This document shows positions 34,511 to 43,092 of a DNA stretch of 64,000 bases, piece by piece. The notes beneath the pieces were generated by a model. The model saw nothing but the letters and a program-made list of their open reading frames with translations, was not told the origin of the DNA and did no database searches. How positions within the stretch are numbered: position 1 is the stretch's first letter; each line of letters starts with the position of its first letter. The position numbers and the translations under genes were made by a program. Location: the NCBI GenBank assembly GCA_045537735.1, contig JAZSPZ010000052.1:14637-78636 (forward strand), given 5' to 3'. The DNA is from Lachnospiraceae bacterium. GTDB lineage: Bacteria > Bacillota > Clostridia > Lachnospirales > Lachnospiraceae.

Positions 34511-35623
34511 TTACATATCCATAATAATCTCTCTTGCAACACTCTCATCAATTGGGGTAGCAAACACTCCAGGCTCAAACTCAACCACATCACCGATTCC
34601 CTTTTGTATAACAAAGCGAAGTTTGCCATCTCGCACCTTCTTATCCGTATACAGTTTCTTAACCAAATCCTCGCGATTAATATAGTCAGGAATTGCAACT
34701 GGCAATTGCGCTTTCGCAAGCAATGCAATCACTCCATCTTTTTCCTCAGCAGTCACATAACCCAATTTGCATGCCAATTTCACTTCTGCAACCAGCCCGA
34801 TAGCCACCGCTTCTCCATGTAACAACTTATATTCACTGACCGTTTCAACAGCACGTCCCACTGTATGACCAAGATTCAGCACCTCTCGAAGACCACTTTC
34901 TCGTTCATCCTTCATTACCACTTCGTATTTGATCTTGCAATTTTCCTCTGCAATATGTTCACAAGCCTCTTTATCTACAGCCAACAAACGCTCCATGTTC
35001 GACTCCAAATAATCAAAGAGTTCACTACTGGCAAGACATGCATGTTTAATCGTTTCAGCTAATCCACTAATCACCTGTCGTTGTGGTAATGTCTGCCATG
35101 CAGCAATATCAAGATAAACCTTCTCTGGCTGATTGAACAAACCGATTAGATTCGTTGCCAAAGGTGTATCCACGGCTGTTTTCCCACCTACAGAAGCATC
35201 CGCTGCTGCTAATAGAGTTGTTGCATAATTAATAAATGGTACACCGCGCCCATAGGTTCCCGCCACAAATCCCGCAAGATCTGTAACCACGCCACCACCT
35301 ACCGCAATGATACAACAATCTCTACGGTATCCTTTTGCCAACATAGCATCTTCAATTTCTTCTTTTGTTTTTCTCGTCTTTTGTTTCTCGCCTTCTTGGA
35401 ATACAAACAAATCCGCCTGATATCCTTCTCTCAATAACATTTGATAAATCTTATGGGCATACAAACCTTCTACAATGCTATCTGTAATCACCGCAAACTT
35501 TCGAATGTTACCAACTAATCCATTCTTCAAATCCTGCACCAAGTTTTCCATCAACTCAAATCCGATTTCAATGTCATAGCTGTCATCCACAACCTTTTTT
35601 AATTCCACGTTAAATGTACTCAT
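34511..35623 (-). CDS. aroB: 3-dehydroquinate synthase
   Basis: 370 aa. IAVGGGVVTDLAGFVA, GGKTAVD and HGEAVAIG motifs. Confidence 0.85.
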   Translation of the reverse strand: MSTFNVELKKVVDDSYDIEIGFELMENLVQDLKNGLVGNIRKFAVITDSIVEGLYAHKIYQMLLREGYQADLFVFQEGEKQKTRKTKEEIEDAMLAKGYRRDCCIIAVGGGVVTDLAGFVAGTYGRGVPFINYATTLLAAADASVGGKTAVDTPLATNLIGLFNQPEKVYLDIAAWQTLPQRQVISGLAETIKHACLASSELFDYLESNMERLLAVDKEACEHIAEENCKIKYEVVMKDERESGLREVLNLGHTVGRAVETVSEYKLLHGEAVAIGLVAEVKLACKLGYVTAEEKDGVIALLAKAQLPVAIPDYINREDLVKKLYTDKKVRDGKLRFVIQKGIGDVVEFEPGVFATPIDESVAREIIMDM

Positions 35624-35708
35624 TTGTAATTCTCCTTTATTCTATAAAAAGAACTCCCTATCATTCCCATTTCATCAAACCGACTTATATATAATACCAT
35701 ATTTTTTA

Positions 35709-36428
35709 TTATTTTACACACTGTTGCCGCATCTTTAATAGTATTTTTTTCTCCATACGGCTAATTTGCACCTGGGAAACCCCTATCACTTGCGCGATTT
35801 CTGTCTGTGTTTTATTTTCATAATATCGCATTTGAATAATCTTTTTTTCAATATCATTTAGTGTTTGCATCAAAGCATCTATGAGCATATGATTAATCAC
35901 AGACTCCTTTTCATCCTCCTCTACAGCAAGCTTATCAATAAGAAAGATTGCATTTCCATTATTCTCATAAATCGTCTTATGGATGGATTCCACCTCTACA
36001 TTTGCCTCCAAAGAAGCCACAATTTCTTCCATATCAATTTCCAGCCGTTTAGAGATTTCCTCTAGCTTGGGCTCTATTCCAGTTTGATGAATCATTTCCT
36101 CTCTCACTCTTTTTACTTTATATGCCGTTTCTTTCAATGTGCGACTCACTTTGATAATTCCATCATCTCGCAGAAATCGTTTTATCTCACCACTAATCAT
36201 TGGAACAGCATATGTGGAAAACTTCACATCATAGGATAAATCAAATTTATCAATGCATTTCATTAATCCAATGCAACCAATCTGATATAAGTCTTCTATA
36301 TCATATCCTCTCCCTACAAATCTCCGTGCAACAGCCCATACCAAACCCAAATTCTTGGTTACTAGCTGCTCTTTTGCGTCCTGGTCACCTTCTTTTGCAA
36401 ACTTTAATAGCTCTAAAGTATTGTCCAT
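35709..36428 (-). CDS. sigF: Sporulation sigma factor F
   Basis: Sigma-70 regions 2-4 (DLYQIGCIGLMKCIDKFD, TQTEIAQVIGVSQVQISRMEKK), directly downstream of spoIIAA-spoIIAB. Confidence 0.9.
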   Translation of the reverse strand: MDNTLELLKFAKEGDQDAKEQLVTKNLGLVWAVARRFVGRGYDIEDLYQIGCIGLMKCIDKFDLSYDVKFSTYAVPMISGEIKRFLRDDGIIKVSRTLKETAYKVKRVREEMIHQTGIEPKLEEISKRLEIDMEEIVASLEANVEVESIHKTIYENNGNAIFLIDKLAVEEDEKESVINHMLIDALMQTLNDIEKKIIQMRYYENKTQTEIAQVIGVSQVQISRMEKKILLKMRQQCVK

Positions 36429-36439
36429 GACGCCTCCTA

Positions 36440-36895
36440 CTATTCTATTTTTCCGTTATAATCTTCTCCTGTTTTTATCACCTTTCTCATTGTTATTTTC
36501 GTTCCGCATCCAGTTTTTGACTCCACAAATAATTCATCCATAAATGCTTCCATAAATGCAAATCCCATCCCTGAGCGTTCCAAATCCGGTTTTGTCGTAA
36601 ACATGGGTTCCATAGCTCGTTCAATATTTTCAATACCTACACCAAAATCCTCAATTATAATGGTCACTGTATCCTCTACAATTACCGTTTCAATTCTAAT
36701 TTTCCCTTCCCCATTTTCATATCCATGAATAATAGAATTTGTCACCGCCTCCGACACAGCCGTTTTGATATCGGCAATCTCTTCGAGTGTTGGGTCCAAA
36801 CGAGTCACAAATGCGGCAACCACTATTCTGGCAAAACTTTCATTTTTAGACGCACTATCAAACTCCACTACCATTTGATCATTCATATGTTTCAT
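36440..36895 (-). CDS. spoIIAB: Anti-sigma F factor (serine kinase)
   Basis: GHKL ATPase motifs ([22 protein letters not shown]). 151 aa. Confidence 0.9.
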   Translation of the reverse strand: MKHMNDQMVVEFDSASKNESFARIVVAAFVTRLDPTLEEIADIKTAVSEAVTNSIIHGYENGEGKIRIETVIVEDTVTIIIEDFGVGIENIERAMEPMFTTKPDLERSGMGFAFMEAFMDELFVESKTGCGTKITMRKVIKTGEDYNGKIE

Positions 36896-37000
36896 ATCAG
36901 CTCCCCTTTTCCAAATTATTTTTCAAATCCTTTTTCACCAATTATCCATGGTTAATTTTCCAAAGAAGGAATTCCTCCGTAATTATATTCATCCACATAT

Positions 37001-37369
37001 TTATTCCTGTAAACAGACATGTTTTCCTCCAATCAATTCCAACGCATCATCAATCGCATCAGCCTTTTTTGCCACCCTATACAATCCAGATATTTCTAAA
37101 ATCCTAGCAACCTTTCGATTGACACAAGTGATATAAATATCACCATTCAAATATCTCACCTCACGATACCTTCCCATGACTAATCCGATTCCAGAACTAT
37201 CCATAAAGTGTGTATTTTCATAGTCAAACACGACATTCCTGATTCGTTTCGAGCAAAACAGCTGGTCAGTCTCCTCACGAATCATTTTTGCCGTATGATG
37301 ATCCAACTCTTCTGGCAAATGAATAATCATGGTATCTCCATTTAGTTCGTAATAATCTCTTTGTTGCAT
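37001..37369 (-). CDS. spoIIAA: Anti-sigma F factor antagonist (STAS domain)
   Basis: STAS fold with phosphorylatable Ser context FMDSSGIGLVMGRY. The start is placed at ATG 37369 (AAAGGTG SD) rather than the track's 37450, which would run through a terminator hairpin. Confidence 0.85.
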   Translation of the reverse strand: MQQRDYYELNGDTMIIHLPEELDHHTAKMIREETDQLFCSKRIRNVVFDYENTHFMDSSGIGLVMGRYREVRYLNGDIYITCVNRKVARILEISGLYRVAKKADAIDDALELIGGKHVCLQE

Positions 37370-37400
37370 AGTTTCACACCTTTCTAATATTTTACAACAC

Positions 37401-37440
37401 AAAAGAAGACGACTTGTCCAACCAAACAAATCGTCTTCTC
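37401..37440 (-). terminator. Rho-independent terminator downstream of the TPR gene
   Basis: GAAGACGA..TTGT / ACAA..TCGTCTTC hairpin, followed on the minus strand by TTTTGTGTTG. Confidence 0.6.
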
Positions 37441-37477
37441 TTTCGTTCATTACAAATTTATCTCTAGTTAAATTTAT

Positions 37478-38791
37478 CTATTCAGAAAGATACTCATTAA
37501 TTTCCTCAATATAAGTACTTTCCGGATAGTTATCTCTTAAACTAACGAACGCAGTCTTCGCTTTTTCCTCATCTTGATTACCTATATATGCCTTCCCAAG
37601 ATAATAATATGCCATTTCACCCTGCTGAATCTGCAACGCTGCGTTACACATATCTATGGCATCTGCATACCTTCTTTCATTCACCGCTCTTCCTGCTTCT
37701 GAGCACAAATTCTCATATGCAGTGTTGGGAATACTCTTCTTAATCACTTCAAAAGCTGTATCTGCATCCTCTTCCTGCTCTTTTTCTTCTTCCTTCTCTT
37801 TTTCTGCAACAGAAACTACCTTCTCTAAATCTTCTATCTGCTTTTCCAGGTCTGAAATCGCTACATTCTTCTTTGAAATCTCCTCACTATGTGCTAGTTG
37901 CAACTCTCTGTTCTCTTTATTGGCAGAATTGAGCTTTGTCGGCAATATCAATAACCAAAATGTAAGGATTCCAACTACCAAACCAACGGAAACATATAGC
38001 AAATTAAACTTATTATGGTTAATCTCTTTGTAGGAACCGCCCGTTTTCTCAGGATTATCTATATTTTCCAGGCTTTTTTCAACAAAAGACTCCAAATCTG
38101 ACTTAAATTGATCCTCATCAGAATAACTTGAATTCACATCAATATGACGGCTACTTTCCTTCATATTAATAACTTCTTTTGAAGAAACGCCCATTTCCTT
38201 TAGATATTTCACTGCCAAAGTATTATTCTTGTCAATACGAAGTACGCGTTTCAGCGCTTTTTTCGCCTTATCATAGTTGCCATTATCCATATAAAGTAGG
38301 GCTAAAAGCAAATATCCCTTCACAAAATGCGGATATGCCGCCAAAATTCGTTTTAATTGTAAAAAAGCAAGGTCCTTGGTACCTGTTTTTGCATACATCA
38401 ACGACTGATTAAACTGTTTTGCAAGCTGATTTGCCTCTTCAAGCTTATTCGAATCCGACTGAACCTCCTGAATATACTTTGTCGCCATATTATGTTCTGG
38501 CAAATAGTTGCTACTAATTACCCATTGCGTTAATCCTAAGACAGTTTCACCCATCTCATAATAGATTAATCCCAATAAATTCCTTGCGTTAATATTCTGT
38601 TTGTTATACTTTAACGCCAAATTCAATGCATCAATTGCACCAGTAAGATCTCTGACACTGGCCTTGTCCAAGCCTAAATTGTAATAAAAATTAGATGTAT
38701 TATAGGCTTTTGCCAACAGCTCATAGTTCATTCCACAAGCACTGCAGTGTCCGTTCTCCAATACAGGTGCTCCACAATTCAAACACTCCAT
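37478..38791 (-). CDS. Zinc-ribbon / TPR-repeat membrane protein
   Basis: N-terminal CLNCGAPV...CSACG ribbon, TPR-like repeats, one TM helix (LLYVSVGLVVGILTFWLLILP), a coiled coil, and C-terminal TPR-like repeats. Confidence 0.7.
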   Translation of the reverse strand: MECLNCGAPVLENGHCSACGMNYELLAKAYNTSNFYYNLGLDKASVRDLTGAIDALNLALKYNKQNINARNLLGLIYYEMGETVLGLTQWVISSNYLPEHNMATKYIQEVQSDSNKLEEANQLAKQFNQSLMYAKTGTKDLAFLQLKRILAAYPHFVKGYLLLALLYMDNGNYDKAKKALKRVLRIDKNNTLAVKYLKEMGVSSKEVINMKESSRHIDVNSSYSDEDQFKSDLESFVEKSLENIDNPEKTGGSYKEINHNKFNLLYVSVGLVVGILTFWLLILPTKLNSANKENRELQLAHSEEISKKNVAISDLEKQIEDLEKVVSVAEKEKEEEKEQEEDADTAFEVIKKSIPNTAYENLCSEAGRAVNERRYADAIDMCNAALQIQQGEMAYYYLGKAYIGNQDEEKAKTAFVSLRDNYPESTYIEEINEYLSE

Positions 38792-38802
38792 ATTCTCACC
38801 GC

Positions 38803-38952
38803 CTACTCGTTCTGATTACCACCTAGCTGTAATAACATCTCCGCTAATACATCCGTAATATCTTTTACATCATTCTTATATATTGCATCCTCTGCCTGTG
38901 ACATTTCAAGGCAAGGCTGAAACTTTCTAACCTCTTCATCAAAATTAATCAT
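38803..38952 (-). CDS. Small ORF (49 aa) wedged between folC and the TPR gene, below the ORF-track cut-off
   Basis: My own translation: MINFDEEVRKFQPCLEMSQAEDAIYKNDVKDITDVLAEMLLQLGGNQNE. AGGAG SD 8 nt upstream. The ATG is 2 nt after the folC stop and the stop is 11 nt before the TPR gene ATG. Confidence 0.5.
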   Translation of the reverse strand: MINFDEEVRKFQPCLEMSQAEDAIYKNDVKDITDVLAEMLLQLGGNQNE

Positions 38953-38954
38953 AT

Positions 38955-40289
38955 CTATACTCCTAAACTGAGTAAGTTACCCGCCAGATATAATGAGCCA
39001 ACACAAAACAAAACCGAATCAGAAACATGGCTTTTCCCATACAAAAAGCCTTCTCTTATATCATCAAAGGTGGTAATCTTACTACCCGAAAAACGTCTAA
39101 ATGCTACTTCTACCGCCGTAATATCCTCAGAACGACTACCTTCATACTGCACGATAATCACCTCTCGAAAATCGAGATTGCATAGTCTTTCAATCATGCC
39201 ACAGTAATCCTTATCTTTAGAAACGGCAAATAATAATACTTTCTGTTCTGTAGGGAACAGCACCTCCACTGTACGACAAAATGCATCTATCGCTTCCTCG
39301 TTGTGTGCTCCATCTATGTACACATTCTTGGAAATACATTCCATCCTACCTTTCCAGAACATGTTCAATAGACCAGTCTGGATGTTATCTATATCTGTAT
39401 CTGTCAAACCATAATTCACATTCTGCCCCCTTAGCAGTTGTGAATTACAGAATATGTCCTTATCCGTCAAAAGTAGTTCGTACGCTTTAATTGCTAACAT
39501 TGCATTTTCAATCTGATAAAGCGCAGTTTTCCTGATTTGCAAACTACAATACTTATAATAACCACTCTCAAAGGAAAAATCAATGGTTTTTTCTGTAATT
39601 TTCAATAAATTATACTGTTTTTTTTCGACAATATGTAGATTTGTGCCCAATTTTTGGCAATATTTGTAAATCACTGGTGTTGCATCATCTTTTCGATCAA
39701 AATAGACTACTGGTACATTCGATTTTATAATTCCCGCCTTTTCTGCTGCAATCTTTTCAATGGTATCACCCAAAAACTGGGTATGATCTAACCCAACCGA
39801 TGTGATAATTGATAAAACCGGCGTCACAACATTCGTCGCGTCTAATCTTCCACCCATTCCAGTTTCGATAATTGCAATATCCACCTGTCGCTTTTTGAAA
39901 TATAACACGCCCATCAAAAACACAAATTCAAAGAAAGATGGATGTGCAATCCCCTGTTCCCTTGCCTCATTCACATACGTCATTATTTCCTCAAACACTT
40001 CCACCAAATCTACGTCAGATATAATCTCTTCGTCAATCCGAAATCGCTCATTCAATGTGACCAAATGTGGTGAAGTAAATACACCAACCCTCTTTCCAGC
40101 CTGCCGTAAAATCGACGCCAAAAAAGAGCAGGTAGAACCTTTCCCATTCGTACCTGCCACATGGATAACCGGATAACATTTCTCTGGATGTTCCATGATA
40201 TCTAATATTCGATTCAAGTTCTCAGTTCCCAGTTTGGTTGCAAATAAAGGAACCGATAAAATGTAATCTACGCACTCCTGATATGTCAT
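38955..40289 (-). CDS. folC: Folylpolyglutamate synthase / dihydrofolate synthase
   Basis: VIHVAGTNGKGST P-loop and Mur-ligase layout. 444 aa. Confidence 0.85.
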   Translation of the reverse strand: MTYQECVDYILSVPLFATKLGTENLNRILDIMEHPEKCYPVIHVAGTNGKGSTCSFLASILRQAGKRVGVFTSPHLVTLNERFRIDEEIISDVDLVEVFEEIMTYVNEAREQGIAHPSFFEFVFLMGVLYFKKRQVDIAIIETGMGGRLDATNVVTPVLSIITSVGLDHTQFLGDTIEKIAAEKAGIIKSNVPVVYFDRKDDATPVIYKYCQKLGTNLHIVEKKQYNLLKITEKTIDFSFESGYYKYCSLQIRKTALYQIENAMLAIKAYELLLTDKDIFCNSQLLRGQNVNYGLTDTDIDNIQTGLLNMFWKGRMECISKNVYIDGAHNEEAIDAFCRTVEVLFPTEQKVLLFAVSKDKDYCGMIERLCNLDFREVIIVQYEGSRSEDITAVEVAFRRFSGSKITTFDDIREGFLYGKSHVSDSVLFCVGSLYLAGNLLSLGV

Positions 40290-40388
40290 ATTCTTACTGC
40301 TCTTTCTTAACCATATTTAACATTCAAAACCACATATATTCAGCAATTAATACCTGCACACACATTAGCATTTTAACCACAGTTAACT

Positions 40389-40886
40389 CTATCTATTATC
40401 CACTTTCTCCGGATATAGGTCATGGTTTGTTAAGCGGTTCCAGGCCACTTCTTCCCACTTAGTCCCAGGCTTTCCATAGTTGCAATACGGATCAATCGAG
40501 ATACCTCCTCGCGGAGTGAATTTCCCCCACACTTCAATGTACTTTGGATCCATCAGTTTTATTAAATCTTTCATGATAACGTTCACACAATCCTCATGGA
40601 AATCACCATGATTGCGAAAGCTGAACAAGTAAAGTTTCAATGACTTAGATTCCACCATCTTCTCACCCGGTACATAAGAAATATAGATTGTCGCAAAATC
40701 CGGTTGTCCTGTAATTGGACAAAGGGATGTAAATTCCGGACAATTAAACTTTACAAAATAGTCGTTATCTGGATGCTTATTCAAAAAGGTCTCTAAAACC
40801 TCTGGTGCATAATCCTGTGGATATTTTGTTCCTTGATTACCTAATAATGTTACGCCATCTAATTCCTGTTGTTCTCTTCCACTCAT
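40389..40886 (-). CDS. queF: NADPH-dependent 7-cyano-7-deazaguanine (preQ0) reductase
   Basis: [23 protein letters not shown] and [19 protein letters not shown] signatures. 165 aa (type I QueF). Confidence 0.9.
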   Translation of the reverse strand: MSGREQQELDGVTLLGNQGTKYPQDYAPEVLETFLNKHPDNDYFVKFNCPEFTSLCPITGQPDFATIYISYVPGEKMVESKSLKLYLFSFRNHGDFHEDCVNVIMKDLIKLMDPKYIEVWGKFTPRGGISIDPYCNYGKPGTKWEEVAWNRLTNHDLYPEKVDNR

Positions 40887-40967
40887 TTCCCTGTTCCTTT
40901 CTATCTAACATTGGTTCAGCATACTATGTTCATACATAGCTACACATTTCTTTCAAGACATGAAAAC

Positions 40968-40996
40968 AGTATATTATCTCAAACAAAAATTTGCAA
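40968..40996 (-). promoter_or_regulatory. Sigma-A-type promoter for queF
   Basis: Minus strand TTGCAA, 17 nt, TATACT, leaving a ~75-nt leader. Confidence 0.4.
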
Positions 40997-41051
40997 GAAG
41001 AATGAGATTGTATACGATATATTTACACAAAGATTTTACATCAAATGATAC

Positions 41052-41858
41052 TTATATCTTTAAGAAATTCATGACACGTCTCCAAAAATCCTTCGCTTCC
41101 TCATATGCGCCATGACCATAATCATCATACATATATAACTCACTATTTACTACCTTTTCAGCAATTTCTTCTGACGCTTCTCCCGTCACAATCTTATCTT
41201 CCTTCCCACCAATAATTAAAGTTGGACATGTGATTTTTCCCAACTCATCATAGGCATCATGCATAAGACAAGCCTGTGCCATAACCAGAAAACGGTCGAA
41301 ACTCTTTGGCTTTCCCACATTACCAATGAAAGAATACATCCAACGCATTTTCTTCAGATATTTCTCAGAATAAGATTTCTCCGCGGTATCAATCATAATA
41401 GATTTGTAATCCCCCTGCTTTGCCATATCTATCCAACTAGAAACCACCTTTTGAACGGTATCATTTTGTCTCGCAAGGGTTACTGTCAAAATAAGCTTTT
41501 CCACCTTCTCCGGATAGTCTATCGCAACATATTGAGATATCATTCCGCCTTGCGATACACCAACCAGATATGTCTTATCAACACCCAACTTCTCTAAAGC
41601 AAAATGAACATCCCTTGCCATATCCTTCGTTGTAAATCCCTCCGGCAAATCATTTCTACGGCTCATTACATACACCCTGTATTTCTTAGCAAGTTGACGA
41701 TACATAAAAGCAAAAGGAATTGCCATTCCCTTTGCCGTTTTCAGACCGTCACCCAAACCCGGAATCATTACAAGATTCTTATTTCCATTTCCAAAAGCAA
41801 TGTAATCCATATCTGTATTGTCTATTTTAATTGTACCATTTATTGCATTATAAAACAT
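41052..41858 (-). CDS. Alpha/beta-fold hydrolase
   Basis: GVSQGGM nucleophile elbow and a C-terminal GHGAYEE His region. The start is placed at ATG 41858 (AAGGAG SD), clear of the upstream gene's stop. Confidence 0.8.
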   Translation of the reverse strand: MFYNAINGTIKIDNTDMDYIAFGNGNKNLVMIPGLGDGLKTAKGMAIPFAFMYRQLAKKYRVYVMSRRNDLPEGFTTKDMARDVHFALEKLGVDKTYLVGVSQGGMISQYVAIDYPEKVEKLILTVTLARQNDTVQKVVSSWIDMAKQGDYKSIMIDTAEKSYSEKYLKKMRWMYSFIGNVGKPKSFDRFLVMAQACLMHDAYDELGKITCPTLIIGGKEDKIVTGEASEEIAEKVVNSELYMYDDYGHGAYEEAKDFWRRVMNFLKI

Positions 41859-41869
41859 AGTGTTCTCCT

Positions 41870-42916
41870 TTATATCTTCTGTTCTACTTGTATGACCTCT
41901 CTCCAACGCGCATCCTCTTTCAAAAAGCCAAATGATTCCTCATCTTCAAACGTGCGAAGCAAATCTCTTTGCATTTCTTTTACAACCTCTGGTTCCATCT
42001 TCTTAAATGTCATATGTTCATAAAGCTTTGACTCACTGAAATCCGCTATGCGATTCACACTTGCAAGCATTGTCTTCACAATCTCTATTGTAGCATCTAC
42101 ATCCTTTTCTAACACCGCAAGTTCCAGTCCACAAGAAGCCTCATAATACTTGCCCATCTCAAACAATCTTGCTAATTCTTGTTGCTTAGAAACAAAGGTG
42201 TGTGCTTTGTCCAAATTATCACTTTCCATTGCCAAGGCACATATACTGTTAAACACCATACTTGTCATTTGATAGCCAGAAAACAGCAACTCTTCGTATG
42301 CTTTATACGCTTCCTCCATTCGGTTTGTCTTGCTGTATATCAACGCTTGTTTTCTCTTGCGTTCTGGATTTTGTTCAGAAAAGTATACCAGATACCTCTC
42401 CGCAGTTTCATAGTCTTCCTTTCGCAAATAATATCCAAATAAAGAATCCGCCGCATGGTTTCTAAGTGCTTCCTCTTCACTTTCCAAAACTCTCTCATAA
42501 CAAGCAAGGATAAATGCATCATATTTCTCAGCATTTTTCATACTCTTAAACATCCGTTGTGCATCTAGTATAACAGCCAATTGCCATATCAACATTTTGC
42601 AATTGGGATACTTTTCTATCAAACCTTTTGCCCATTGAAATGCTTTCTCATAAGGTTCACCACTCAGGCGCATATTCAGTTCCTGTACATAACTTTTCAA
42701 CTCTTCTTCTGTAATATCTTCTTCAAAGGATAACAACTCATCTAATGTAACATTCAACAATCTGGCGATTGGTGCCAGCATCGCAATATCCGGATAGGAA
42801 TTGCCTTTTTCCCATTTGTTAACTGCAGGAGGTGTTACTCCCAAACGATTCGCCATCTCCTCTTGTGTCATATTGCGTTCTTTTCTATATTTTCGTATTA
42901 CATCTCCTATCTGCAT
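41870..42916 (-). CDS. XRE-HTH plus TPR-like helical-repeat transcriptional regulator (RNPP-like architecture)
   Basis: N-terminal IRKYRKERNMTQEEMANRLGVTPPAVNKWEKGNSYPD, then ~280 aa of helical repeats. The start is placed at ATG 42916 (AAGGAGG SD, 8-nt spacer). Confidence 0.75.
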   Translation of the reverse strand: MQIGDVIRKYRKERNMTQEEMANRLGVTPPAVNKWEKGNSYPDIAMLAPIARLLNVTLDELLSFEEDITEEELKSYVQELNMRLSGEPYEKAFQWAKGLIEKYPNCKMLIWQLAVILDAQRMFKSMKNAEKYDAFILACYERVLESEEEALRNHAADSLFGYYLRKEDYETAERYLVYFSEQNPERKRKQALIYSKTNRMEEAYKAYEELLFSGYQMTSMVFNSICALAMESDNLDKAHTFVSKQQELARLFEMGKYYEASCGLELAVLEKDVDATIEIVKTMLASVNRIADFSESKLYEHMTFKKMEPEVVKEMQRDLLRTFEDEESFGFLKEDARWREVIQVEQKI

Positions 42917-43048
42917 CCATTGAGCCTCCTTTATGATTACATCCATCGGCCGATGTCCGCTTTCATCATATCAAACATGATACTTTTCTACAATTGAATT
43001 CTTGTTAATAACATTGCAATAAATTTAACTACTATTCAATTTTTCTTA

Positions 43049-43084
43049 CAAAAAAGAAAATAGACCCATTGAAATCTAGTTTCT
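43049..43084 (-). terminator. Probable terminator downstream of addA
   Basis: AGAAACTAG / CTATTTTCT stem (one mismatch) followed on the minus strand by TTTTTG. Confidence 0.4.
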
Positions 43085-43092
43085 TCTTCTCC

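Noticed and set aside
40887-41051. preQ1 riboswitch expected upstream of queF
   Set aside because: - The ~75-nt leader has one small hairpin (CTATGT-ATGA-ACATAG).
- I cannot find the preQ1-I features as I remember them (P1 stem followed by a CCC-containing loop and an A-rich AAAAAACUA tail), nor anything I can match to class II/III.
- A covariance-model scan (Rfam PreQ1 families) would be decisive.
42917-42990. 13-codon ORF (MFDMMKADIGRWM) just upstream of the HTH-TPR regulator as a candidate signalling pro-peptide
   Set aside because: It has no SD and no signal-peptide-like segment. It sits upstream rather than in the usual linked position and is too short for known RNPP pro-peptides.
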